44,596 nt of DNA from Octopus sinensis (taxonomy: Eukaryota), in NCBI RefSeq assembly GCF_006345805.1, contig NW_021834971.1, positions 1 to 44,596 on the forward strand. Reading direction: 5' to 3'. A model generated the notes under the pieces. The model saw only the letters and a list, made by a program, of their open reading frames with translations, was not told the origin of the DNA and did no database searches. Positions within the stretch are counted from its first letter, which is position 1. The number at the start of each line of letters is the position of its first letter. Both the position numbers and the translations under genes were made by a program. Positions 10,786 to 21,984 of this stretch are shown here, piece after piece.

Positions 10786-11005
10786 GGCTGGCAGAAGCGT
10801 TAGCATGCCGGGCGAAATGATTAGCGGTGTTTCGTCTGCCGTTACGTTCTGAGTTCAAATTCCGCCGATGTCGACTTTGCTTTTCATCCTTTCGGGATCA
10901 ATTAAATAAGTACCCGTTAAGCACTGAGGCTGATGTAATCGACTTAATCCTTTTGTCTGTCCTTGTTTGTCCCCTCTATATTTAGACCCTTGTAGGCAAT
11001 AGCTA

Positions 11006-11007
<2 letters not shown>
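10786..11007 (+). mobile_element. Family A SINE (long-tail subfamily) inserted in a (TAA)n array
   Basis: Near-complete head, central domain and TTTGTCTGTCCTTGTTTGTCCCCTCT tail, with (TAA)n on both sides. Confidence 0.9.
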
Positions 11008-11046
<39 letters not shown>

Positions 11047-11068
11047 CAATGATAATAATGATATTAAT

Positions 11069-13160
11069 AATGAGAACAAGCCAGATCTAAGGCAAACAAG
11101 TGTATTAATGAATGAAGTGTTAGAGAACATATTGGAAGGGACCAAGAGCAGATTTAGTTTAGGAGTATTTGTTAAAGAAATTTTGTAACTTACATGGGAG
11201 ACTGAGGGAACAACATCAGGATTTCCTGAATGGAAAAGTAATACGAGATTGGATGATTAGAGGGAGAACAGTACTCTTTATGAAAGAGAAAAGCAAGGGT
11301 AATACAGCTGGCAATTATAGACCAATCACTTGCTTATCATTAGTGTGGGAGCTGTTAACAGGAATGTTTTTAGAAAGTATTTACGAGCATCTTGACAACC
11401 AGAATTTACTGCCAGAAGAACAGAAAGGTTGCAGGAAGAAGGCTAGAGGAACGCATGATCTATTATTCATAGACAAAGAAGTTCTAAATGAAGTAAAATC
11501 TAGAAAGAAAAATTCAACCATAACATAAACAGATTTTAAGAAAGCCTATGGCATGATCTCAAACTCATGAATATGTAAATGTTTGACTATGTTCAGTGTA
11601 GCAGACAACATAAGAGAATTAATTAGCTTTAGCATGAAGAAATGGAAAGTAGATCTCTACTCAGGTGACACAGCCCTAGGGAGAGTTAATATCAAGAAAG
11701 GAATTTTCCAAGGGGACTCGTTATACCCGTTAATATTTGTCTTTGTTTAATCCACTTCAGTTAAATATTAAGGGAGGCAAAAACAGGAGATCAGTTCAGA
11801 AATAGAAAATAAAAAGTTAAGTAAATGCTCTACATGGTTAATCTGAAGCTTAAAAAAGAGATAGATTCTTTAATACAAACTGTAAGACTCTTCAGTAAAG
11901 ATATAGGCATGGAATTTGGCCTAGGTAAGTGTGCAATATCAGTCATGAAAAAGGACAGGCATCCAATTATAAGATGGCCAGACACGAAAATCACTGAAAG
12001 AAGGAGTATTAGAATATGACAGAGTACTAACTACAGAAATGAAACGAAAATTGCGAAGGTGTACATCAGAAGGGTGAGGAAGCTAATGAAGTTAAACCTA
12101 AATGGTTCGAATCTACTGAAGGCTGTAAATACTCAGGCAGTATTGTTACTTAGATACTCAGCAGCTTTTGTAGATTGGACAAAACCTGAATTAGCGAATC
12201 TAGACAGAAGAACTAGGAAGGAATTCAATATAAATGGATGACTTCAACTAAGTGTAGGAGTAGCAAAATCATACTTACCTAGAAAGGGAGGTGGAAGAGG
12301 GCTAGTATCAGTAGAAGGCTGCGTGGAGTTAGCTAGAGTAGATATAGACTCATATGTAGGTAGTTGTGAAGGAGGTTTATTAAGAGCTGCTAGAGTCACA
12401 GCAGAATACAGCAAAAGCCAAAAAGCCAAATGGAGTTAAAAAGCAGAAAAGAGGAGGAAGAATATTTGTCTAGCAAGAGAAGGCTTTGCATGGTAGATTT
12501 CCAAAGATAGTTATAGCAAATAGTAGCAGTGAAACATAATTAGGGTAGCAGAAAGGAAGGCTGAAATGGGAGACGGAAAATTTGTTAGTAGCAGCACAAC
12601 ATCAAGCATTGAGGACTAATTGGATAAAAGCCAAGATAGACAAAAACTGGTAGATTCCCAATGTAGGTTGTGTAAATCAAAAGAGGAAGGTGCTACGCAT
12701 ATAGTAAGTGAATGTAGTATGCTTGTACAAAAAGAATACAAGAAAAAAATATGACAGCTGGGAGTTATGTAGAAAGCTAGGATTTGATCATACTGATAAA
12801 TGGTACGAACATGAAGCTAATAAAGTACTAGAAAGTAAGAAATATAAGAAGCTGCGGCACTAATATTCAGACGGATTGAATAATAGAAGTTAGAAGGCCT
12901 GATCTAGGAGTTGAAGATAAAGAGAAGAGAAAGTGCCAGATATTTGACGACCCTATAATCCCAAATGATGAGAAAGTCAATATGAGAGATGTAGAGAAAA
13001 TTGCAAAGTACCAGAACCTGACCATTGAGATACAGATACTATGGAAAGTACAGGTAAAATGTATCTCTGTAGTTACAGGTGCATTAGGAACTATCCCAAA
13101 AGACTTGAACAGATGGCTAGAGGTAACAGGTATAAAATCTAGTTCAGTTCAGCTGGTATC
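11069..13160 (+). mobile_element. Decayed 5'-truncated R4/Dong-clade non-LTR retrotransposon (RT, CCHC knuckle, restriction-like endonuclease)
   Basis: RT motifs GRTVLFMKEK..NYRPITCLS..QKGCRK (ORF 11169) and FQGDSL (~11707). The catalytic YMDD has become YMVN (~11831). Also YLPRKGGGRGLVS, CRLCKSKEEGATHIVSEC (~12661), RRPDL, and EKIAKYQNL..VVTGALGTIPK (ORF 12982). Many stops and frameshifts. Begins at a (TAA)n array. Confidence 0.93.
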
Positions 13161-13370
13161 GAAGTTTACTTATTGTAGCCCGATGTTAGGATTTTTTCTT
13201 TTCCAACAGTCTCATCTCTAGTGCGTATAGGAGCCAACAACAACAACAACAACAACAACGACAACAATGTATACAGTCAGTTTCTCTGCCCAAGGTGTCA
13301 GGAAGGCACTGGCAAGAAATGGAAACAGAATAGAAAGATGATGATTATGATGATGATGATGATGATGATG

Positions 13371-13409
<39 letters not shown>

Positions 13410-13411
<2 letters not shown>

Positions 13412-13840
13412 CCAATTTGACTCACTAATTGCTGTTCGGAAACTAGATATCGCTTTAGTTGATAAAAGGAAGAAGAAATCTAAAATGATAAATATTCTTT
13501 TCTACTCTAAGCACAATGCCCGAAATTTTGGGGGAGAGGGCCAGTCGATTAGATCGACCCCAGTACGCAACTGGTACTTAATTTATCGACCCCGAAAGGA
13601 TGAAAGGAAAAGTGGATCTCGGTGGAATGTTGAACTCGGAATGTAAAGACAGACGAAATACCGCTAAGCATTTCGCCCGGCGTGCTAACGTTTCTGCCAG
13701 CTCACCACTTTAAGATGATAAATATTGCCACGCCTAGGGACGCACGCATAAGTGCCAAAGAACTGGAAAAGGTGGAAAAATACCAGTTACTAAAAGACAA
13801 AATTTCAGGAATGTGAACTATGAGGAGTGTCAGAGATAAT
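13410..13840 (+). mobile_element. Second R4/Dong endonuclease fragment, split by a SINE
   Basis: DSLIAVRKLDIALVDKRKKKSKMINI before the SINE continues as INIATPRDARISAKELEKVEKYQLLK after it. Confidence 0.8.
13497..13710 (-). mobile_element. Family A SINE with a 16-bp target-site duplication
   Basis: TAAAATGATAAATATT (13481-13496) and TAAGATGATAAATATT (13711-13726) flank a complete copy. Confidence 0.92.
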
Positions 13841-13973
13841 CCTAAAAATGAAATTACAGCACTGCTAACACACGGTAAAACAGAGTCTTGACTTATAAAC
13901 TTATATTTAGTGGTTGGTTACAAAACAGGATATTGTGGCTCTGCCAGCAATTAAAAAGTACCAGTTGCATAGA

Positions 13974-14119
13974 TTAATAATCTCTCTCTTCCTCTTTGAA
14001 AGAAATCGACTGTAGTGAAGCTACGAAACGAATTGCTTCATCATGTTTAGATATCCAAGGAACTCTGTATACCACGATGGCGTCCTTGCATCTCAATTCG
14101 ATGTTGAAGTGTTGAAGAC
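13974..14119 (-). CDS. Terminal coding exon of an unidentified spliced gene: (G)LQHFNIELRCKDAIVVYRVPWISKHDEAIRFVASLQSISFKEEERDY*
   Basis: Strong acceptor TGTCCTCTTCCTTAGTTTAG, 48 open codons to TAA, natural composition, and phase 1 matching the upstream exon's donor. Confidence 0.6.
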
Positions 14120-14252
14120 CTAAACTAAGGAAGAGGACACACATTACAGTTATAGATTCTTTCGTGTAAGATATTTGTGCTTAGCATAAAAGACCCAGTA
14201 TTTATCTAAAAGCAGCAGACAATATACTTATGGTATTTAGTTACGATCTCTA

Positions 14253-14385
14253 AGGTGGCAAGCTGGCAGAATTGTTCGCACACCGAACAAAAGCGACCGA
14301 TGACATAAGTACCAATTGAACAGGGTCGATGTAATCGACTACCCTTCCTCCCTCCAAATTTCAGGCCTTTTGCCTTTGTGGAAAA
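14253..14385 (+). mobile_element. Family A SINE with internal deletion (intronic)
   Basis: AAGGTGGCAAGCTGGCAGAAT head joined to AAGTACCA...GGTCGATGTAATCGACT. Confidence 0.75.
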
Positions 14386-14522
14386 GGATCTAGTTACGCT
14401 CTCTTAACTTTTTGAGTTCAAAATCTGTTTGACTTGACTTTACTTTTTCGTCTTTCAAGATCGATAAACTATACACTTATCAAATATTCATGTGTATTGA
14501 ATTGAGTATTGTATTTTCTTAC

Positions 14523-14633
14523 CGACATGTGGTTTAGCTTTGACAATGTTAGGAATCAGCACTTCAATATCTGAAAGTGTGTCGGAGTTAACAGAAACAG
14601 AAGGTTGATCGGCGAAATAAATGGTTCTACGAG
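14523..14633 (-). CDS. Penultimate coding exon: RRTIYFADQPSVSVNSDTLSDIEVLIPNIVKAKPHV (phase 1-1); alternative in-phase acceptor at 14570
   Basis: Donor G|GTAAGA at 14523/14522. Acceptors TTTTAAG (14634) or ACTTTCAG (14571) give the same frame. The 403-nt intron joins in frame to the terminal exon. Confidence 0.55.
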
Positions 14634-15744
14634 CTTAAAAGCGTGGAGCCATCCACCGAGCTCAAGTAGAGTGGATACTCTTGTTATTTACGGCCAGATC
14701 ATTCTTGAACGAGCAGACTCGTAGTCAAGGGTTTTCCAGCTATGATCATCGCGTCTGTTTCGAGAACACATTTTACAAAACGCTCTATTTTAAGATGGTA
14801 GAGAATAATTTGAGAGTGATATGTAAACCATTTCTAATAGCGTAAGTTAACACATAAAGGTTTCCTTGTTAACATCGTAATAGTGACAAATGATATAACA
14901 GATTTCAGTTCCGAACTGAACCTCTCCCGTGCACTGATAAAGCAATCCCGTGTGATTTTTCTTACCATCACTATAGGAACACTAATTCCTTAGAGAAGCC
15001 CCACCATGAAATCTTGATATGGAACTCTGATGGCTGGTGTAAGACAAGTAATCTGGAGGATGCAACATCTTGATTATATTATACATAAAATAAAACGATT
15101 TGTTTTCGTGTAATATCCTTGTAAAGTATTAGACAAAACACGCTGCGCTGTTTTACCAGATTAGTTTATATCCAGTGTAATAGTCAATTCTGTTACCTTA
15201 ATGCTTTTTAAAACTTTTACTTCTTACGTCGACTCTAGGGAAAACAATTAGAGTTGATTCTTGAGAGATTAAAATTCAAAATCGATAAGCTGGTTTGTGT
15301 AAAATGCCAATCTAGATTTTATAATAAAGTTCGTGAGTACTTGATAGATTCGTATACCAATACAATTAACAACCCTCACCAGAGCTGCAGTAATTCACAA
15401 TTGTTTTTTAATAAATATGTATTCTATCTAAACATACTTCTTAATATTCCTTTCTTCTGTTATTATTCCTTCTCTTCTATCCTATATATTCTCCGCGCTA
15501 TTTGTAGTCCGTCAGTTAAAAATATTTACCTTTTTTCGCGATATAAAAACTTAACAAATCTCACAAATTTTACTGCGTGATGTTTTTCAGATGCAAACCA
15601 CCATCAGTTTCCAGTTACTTTTTTGTTTTGTCATAAAATCCCTAAGTTATATATTGATATCTTACTATAAATAATTGAAATATGGTGAATGTTTTAAAAA
15701 TAACTTAACCAAGGAGAAGATCGGGACCGTTGACCTTCACTAAC

Positions 15745-15783
15745 CCTTGCGAACTGGAGAGATTGATATCAATGGCATCCAGC
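15745..15783 (-). CDS. Candidate 39-nt exon WMPLISISPVRK (phase 1-1)
   Basis: Strong acceptor CCTTCTGATTTTCAG and donor AGG|GTTAGT, in phase with the next exon. A longer alternative frame (LDAIDINL...DLLL) cannot be excluded. Confidence 0.35.
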
Positions 15784-15984
15784 CTGAAAATCAGAAGGTT
15801 TAATGTCTACAGGAAAAACGCGATGGGAAGGAGGAGAGGAGAAATCTAAAATCTTCTGTTAATGCTTACAAGAGAGAAAATACTGATAAAGACCGACAAG
15901 GACCACGGTTTGGTGTTAAACTGGGTGGTGTATTAAGACTATCGAGTCTCATAAGGCCATTATAGCAGGGTCATATCTACCTCC

Positions 15985-16430
15985 ATTAATTTGACAATAC
16001 AGTACCATACACCCACGTCAATGTGACAATACAAAGCGTTATACATACATCAATTTGACAATTCAAACAGTGTCGGGCATATCCATGTCAATTTGACAAT
16101 ACAGAGTAGTGTACATATTCACACCAATTTGACGCTTCATTGTCACGTATGCTCACGTCAATTTAACAATACAGTGTCAAACATTGGCACGTCATTCTGA
16201 GAATACAGTGTTATACATACGTCAGTTTGACAATGTAAAGTGTTAAAATTAGCCAGTTCAATTTGACAATACAAATTGTCATACATCGCTTCAGTTTAAC
16301 AAGCTCATTCTCGATTTGCTAATACAAAATGCTATGCATACCTATATCACTACGACAATACAAACCATTAAAAGACCACGTTCGTTTGACAACACAGTGT
16401 TATACATAAGTCTGACAATATATTTGCTGC
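15985..16430 (+). repeat. Degenerate minisatellite, ~30-33-bp unit with core (T)CAATTTGACAATACA, about 14-15 copies
   Basis: The core recurs at ~15987, 16017, 16049, 16088, 16116, 16156, 16220, 16258 and onward. Confidence 0.85.
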
Positions 16431-17194
16431 TTATAAATACGATGTTGTTGTTCCTATTTAGGACCAAGTGAACTGTGCTGGTGATCACCAAGTGTTTTGG
16501 TCTTATTCCTTGTATCGTACTTGTGAAACAAAAGCGACAGTCGTGTCTTCGGTTGGGTTTGTTCCATGTAACTTTATTGATTATGAGAGTTACAAATCTC
16601 TTTATTGTTATATGTCTTGAAACATGGAAGCCAACTGCGTGTATTCAGAACAAATCGCCATATTTTCTATTTTGCAATATTTCTAAAAGAATATACAGTT
16701 TTATTTTAACTCTTGTGTTATTTTTTACACTGTTATTTATTTAGAATTATTTATCAATACACTTCAGTTTCTTTATTACAATACACAATGCTGAACAAAA
16801 AATCGAAAAACAATTCTTCATTCTGTTTATTTGTTTTTTGATTTATCATTTTATTAACTTGTTTAGTCATATATATTTGTGATTCATACACGAAAATACC
16901 CCAAACCTACACAAAAATGTCCTTCCCACAAAAAAAAAGAACCCCAAACACACAGTAACGAAGCCTAAAATAATTTTTTTCTAAAGCAGACGATAACATA
17001 TTTCTTATCTTGTCACCTCTGGGCATCCATATTATTGCTTCGTAAACACTTTCCAGATTATAGTCAAGAATCCGTCATTCGTTTATAGATAAATCATGTT
17101 AATTTCTTCATTATTGGAACAAGCGATTCTGTCATCCCCCCCATACACACCACCACCAATAAATCTACTGGTGTTTAAATAATTTCATTTCAGA

Positions 17195-17276
17195 CTTTAT
17201 AACAACAACAACAAAGCCATCATCATCACCATCATGATGATCATCATCATACTCATCATCATCCTCATCCTCATCC

Positions 17277-17315
<39 letters not shown>

Positions 17316-17475
17316 CCAACATCCTCCCCCCTCCTCCTCCCCCCTCCTCCTCCTCCTCCTCATCATCATCATCATCAACAACAGCATCAACAAGAACAAC
17401 AGAAGCAACAACAACAAAATCATGATCAACAACAACAAAAACAGCAATAATTGTTATTATTATTGTTATTGCTGT

Positions 17476-17544
<69 letters not shown>

Positions 17545-17562
17545 CACCACCACCACCACCAC
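17195..17562. repeat. Compound trinucleotide array (AAC/CAT/CCT/TAC/CAC)
   Basis: Read directly from the sequence. Confidence 0.95.
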
Positions 17563-17978
17563 TATTTCGTTCGGAAATCCATTCTGTAAATTATACCTTT
17601 GAGCTATTTGTAGTAAAATAAATTGTGATGCGATATGGGATACGATAAGTTTGTCATAATTTCACCAACACTATCTTAAAATAAAACATTATAAACACGG
17701 GATTATATTGTTTCTAAATAAAGATTATCGTCTGACTAAGCTCCTGTTATATTCCCGTAATGTTATTATTTGATGACTGCTGTATTACGTGATGAACTTA
17801 TTACGGAGTAAATGCCTTCTGTCACGAAGTTATTACCTTTTATAATAATCGGGATTCTTTATTTTTTTTATATATTTATTTCTGGAATGAAATATAAAAA
17901 AAAACAACAAACAAGCGGAAAGAAACAAACGAAAAAAAACAACAAAAGCCTCAAAAAACGTTGATGTTGCTGCTGCTT

Positions 17979-18030
<52 letters not shown>

Positions 18031-18095
18031 CACCACCACCACCACCACTACTACTACTACTAATACTACTACTGCAGCAGCTACTGTTGCTGCTG

Positions 18096-18129
<34 letters not shown>

Positions 18130-18569
18130 CACCACCACCACCACCACACCACCACCACTATTTCGTTCGGAAATCCATTCTGTAATTATACCTTTGAGCT
18201 ATTGTAGTAAAATAAATTGTGATGCGATATGGGATACGATAAGTTTGTCATAATTTCACCAACACTATCTTAAAATAAAACATTATAAACACGGGATTAT
18301 ATTGTTCTAAATAAAGATTATCGTCTGACTAAGCTCCTGTTATATTCCCGTAATGTTATTATTTGATGACTGCTGTATTACGTGATGAACTTATTACGGA
18401 GTAAATGCCTTCTGTCACGAAGTTATTACCTTTTATAATAATCGGGATTCTTTATTTTTTTTATATATTATTTCTGGAATGAATATAAAAAAAAACAACA
18501 AACAAGCGGAAAGAAACAAACGAAAAAAAACAACAAAAGCCTCAAAAAACGTTGATGTTGCTGCTGCTT

Positions 18570-18570
<1 letters not shown>
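17563..18570 (+). repeat. ~600-bp-period tandem duplication (non-microsatellite cores 17563-17978 and 18159-18570)
   Basis: The cores are identical except for five single-base deletions in short homopolymers in copy 2. Confidence 0.93.
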
Positions 18571-18620
<50 letters not shown>

Positions 18621-18638
18621 ACCACCACCACCACCACC

Positions 18639-18674
<36 letters not shown>

Positions 18675-18696
18675 GCAGCAGCTACTGTTGCTGCTG

Positions 18697-18730
<34 letters not shown>

Positions 18731-18746
18731 CACCACCACCACCACC

Positions 18747-18788
<42 letters not shown>

Positions 18789-18858
18789 GCAGCAGCTACT
18801 GTTGCTGCTACTACTACTACTACTACTACAGCTACTGTTGCTGCTGCTACTACTACTA

Positions 18859-18938
<80 letters not shown>

Positions 18939-18975
18939 GCTACTACTACTATTAACGCTGCTGCTGTTGCTGCCG
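18571..18975. repeat. Compound (ACT)/(ACC)/(GCT) array with a recurring higher-order cassette
   Basis: CTACTGCAGCAGCTACTGTTGCTGCT recurs at ~18070, 18670 and 18784, with a partial copy at 18828. Confidence 0.9.
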
Positions 18976-19375
18976 CCGCAACTGTTCTTGCTCTTGTTGC
19001 TGCGACTTCAACGTCTTGCGAAAAACATGGACTGAGTTTTCAATTAAGTTCCCTGAGTTAATTTATCATGGATGGAGGCAGCAAAAAGGCGAAAAAAGAT
19101 AGCAACAATGAGACTTACACACACACACCACACACACACATACACACATACATACACACACGCACACACATATACACACACACATACACGCACATATTGT
19201 TTTGGTCGAGTCAGTTTATTGCTATTCTGGGTTTTCGCCCGAAGGCTCCGTACACCCACAGGTGAAAATCAGAATAGCAAGGGACTGGGTCGACCAAAAT
19301 AAAATATATTGCTATTAATCTCCACGTTTACTTTGGCTTTGAGAACTTTTTCCCAACAGTAAACACTAAATATGT

Positions 19376-19408
<33 letters not shown>

Positions 19409-19430
19409 TATACATACATACATACACACA

Positions 19431-19505
<75 letters not shown>

Positions 19506-19551
19506 GTAAATAATATATAATATAATATGAAATAACATATAGATATATGAG

Positions 19552-19881
19552 GAGACCCCCTTTGGTCATGAATGACCACAGGATTTCACCTAGAAAGTTA
19601 CCCTCCGAGGCACAAGTCCGTGCAAGGTTGTTTGTGGAAGGCCAGCAGTTGCCCATGCATACCAGCCTCCCCTCTCCATGTCACTGATGTTATCCAAGGG
19701 AAAGGCAATGAGGCCGATACAGCTTGGCACCAGTGATGTCGCAATTCATTTCTACAGCTGAGTGAACTGGAGCAACGTGAAATAAAGTGTCTTTCTCAAG
19801 AACACAACACGTAGCCCGGTCCGGGAATCGAACTCACAACCTCACGATCGTAAGCTCGACGCTCTAACTACTGAGCCATGC
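19552..19881 (-). mobile_element. tRNA-headed CORE-like SINE, family C
   Basis: The minus strand reads GCATGGCTCAGTAGTTAGAGCG...GTTCGATTCCCGG...TTGAGAAAGACACTTTATTTCACGTTGCTCCAG...GGTCATTCATGACCAAAGGGGGTCT. Confidence 0.88.
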
Positions 19882-20225
19882 GTATATGGGTACAAGACAT
19901 CACCAATGGTGCAAATAACATGAAATACGTAAATAGGCCAGTTAAATACGTAAACAAGGATAAAAAAAGGGAAAACAGGACAAGTGAACACAGAGAAAGG
20001 ATCCTTCATCAGTTGTCGGCTGTCTATCTACTCCTCATTTCGATCATTCAACGACAATATGAATATTCAAAAGCAATTGGTCCCATAAATTCTAAAATCA
20101 AATTTAGGATTGATGGAGGGTCAAAGATGGGAACAAAAACACTACAATGGAGAAGTACAAGGAAGCCGAACCAAAACAAACACAGAGGGTCGTTAGACCA
20201 GAACGAGAGGAAAATAGTGAACGCC
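19882..20225 (-). mobile_element. Unclassified repeat (Penelope-like non-autonomous?), copy 1; copy 2 at ~20785-21125
   Basis: Both copies share GGGTACA.GAC.TCAC, TCATCAGTTGTCGGC, and ACA.AGAGGGTCGTTAG.CCAG. Confidence 0.55.
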
Positions 20226-20227
20226 AA

Positions 20228-20607
20228 TATTTCAGTCATTTGGCTGCAGCCATGCTGGAGCATCGCCTTTAGTCGAACAAATCGACCCCAGGATGTATTC
20301 ATTGTAAGCATAGTACTTATTCTATCAGTCAATTTTGCCGAACCGCTGGGTTTCGGGGACATAAATACACCAATATCGGTTGTCAAGCGATGGTGGTGGT
20401 GGGGAGACAAACACAGACACAAAGACACACACGCACATAAATATATATAGATATTTACACGACGGGCTTCTTTCAGCCTCCGTCTACCAAACCCACTCAC
20501 AAGGTGTTGGTCTGCCTGAGACTAAAGCTAAAGACACCTGCCCAAGGTGACGCGTAGTGAGACTGAACCCGGAACCATGTGATTGGGAAGCAAGTTTCTT
20601 ACCACAC
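20228..20607 (-). mobile_element. Family B composite SINE (short internal microsatellite)
   Basis: The head, CORE-like domain and 3' module all match 8618-9045. Confidence 0.85.
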
Positions 20608-20614
20608 ACCCACG

Positions 20615-20654
<40 letters not shown>

Positions 20655-20747
20655 ATATATATATATTATACATATATAATATATATATACATAATGTATA
20701 TATATAATATATATATGCATATATACATATATGTACTTACATACATA

Positions 20748-20778
<31 letters not shown>

Positions 20779-21560
20779 GCATATATGGGTACAGGACGTC
20801 ACAAATCGTAAACAACATGAAATACAAAGGCAAATTTGGGTACGCGAACAACGAGAGAAGCAAATGGAAAACAAGACAACATAAAGAACGAACCGTCATC
20901 AGTTGTCGGCCGTCCATATACTGATCACTTCGCGCAATTAACGACGATATGAGGTTTCGAAAGGCAGTTGCTCGCGCGAACCAAAATAAAATTTGGGATT
21001 TGCAGAGAGTGAAACTTGGTAACTAATACAGTACAGTGGAGACATACAACAAACGAAATAAAAACAAACATAGAGGGTCGTTAGGCCAGACGAAGTAAGG
21101 TAGCGAACGCTGGAGGAATATTGTCTTTGACAAGAGAAAAAGCAGAAGAGGAGAAGAGGAGACAGATAAGAATGCGTCTGTAAGACAGAGTGAAAGATGA
21201 TTACGTGAGGGAAAGAAAAATGGACGATGGTCAAATGTGAGTAACGAGAGAGAGTAAAGAAGAAAAAGGGAGGGAGAGAGATAGATACAAAACGGTGAAG
21301 GGGAGAAAAGAGAATGGATGAGAGAGGAATAACGAAAGGGGGAGAAGGGTAGAAAAAAGAATTAGAGAAAGGAAGAGAGGGAAACGATAGAGAGAGAGAG
21401 AGAGAGGACAGTACAGAGCAGAGTCGCATCAAAATTATTAAGATAAACTTACTTGGAAATGGATGCGTGGCGTTCAATCATATAATAATATAAATAAAAA
21501 AATATATATGCATATATATTATATATATGTGTATATATATATAATATATATATATATATA

Positions 21561-21630
<70 letters not shown>

Positions 21631-21724
21631 CCCTTTAGTTTTTACTATATATTATTATTATCATTATTTCTATTATTATTATTATATTATTATTATTATT
21701 ATCATCATCATATTATTATTATTA

Positions 21725-21768
<44 letters not shown>

Positions 21769-21984
21769 TATTATTATTATTATTATTATTGTCTCAGTTA
21801 GCGGCCCGCGAAACTTTAAGTGGTATAGAGCCGAATAAAACTGCTTTATATAATAATACCTGTAATTCCTGCTAAATGTGTTAAGTGCGTTTTTTCTTTT
21901 GTTTGTCTACTCACTCGTATATTTATACAAAAGTATGACTTCTCAGAAACTGGGTGCTACTTATCACTCACCCTGTATAATGAC

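Noticed and set aside
14051-14123. Plus-strand exon-like YPRNSVYHDGVLASQFDVEVLKT*
   Set aside because: It is the exact antisense frame of the longer, better-supported minus-strand terminal exon.
15985-16430. CRISPR-like repeat-spacer appearance
   Set aside because: Repeats are short and degenerate, spacers are related to each other, there are no cas genes, and the context is eukaryotic.
16462-16620. Plus-strand 52-codon frame DQVNCAGDHQVFWSY... and three competing minus-strand frames
   Set aside because: Four plausible-looking readings overlap and none has both good splice sites, so none can be chosen without transcript data.
19878-20500. 190-aa and 150-aa ORFs
   Set aside because: They run through an unclassified repeat and a family B SINE, with no recognisable protein motif.
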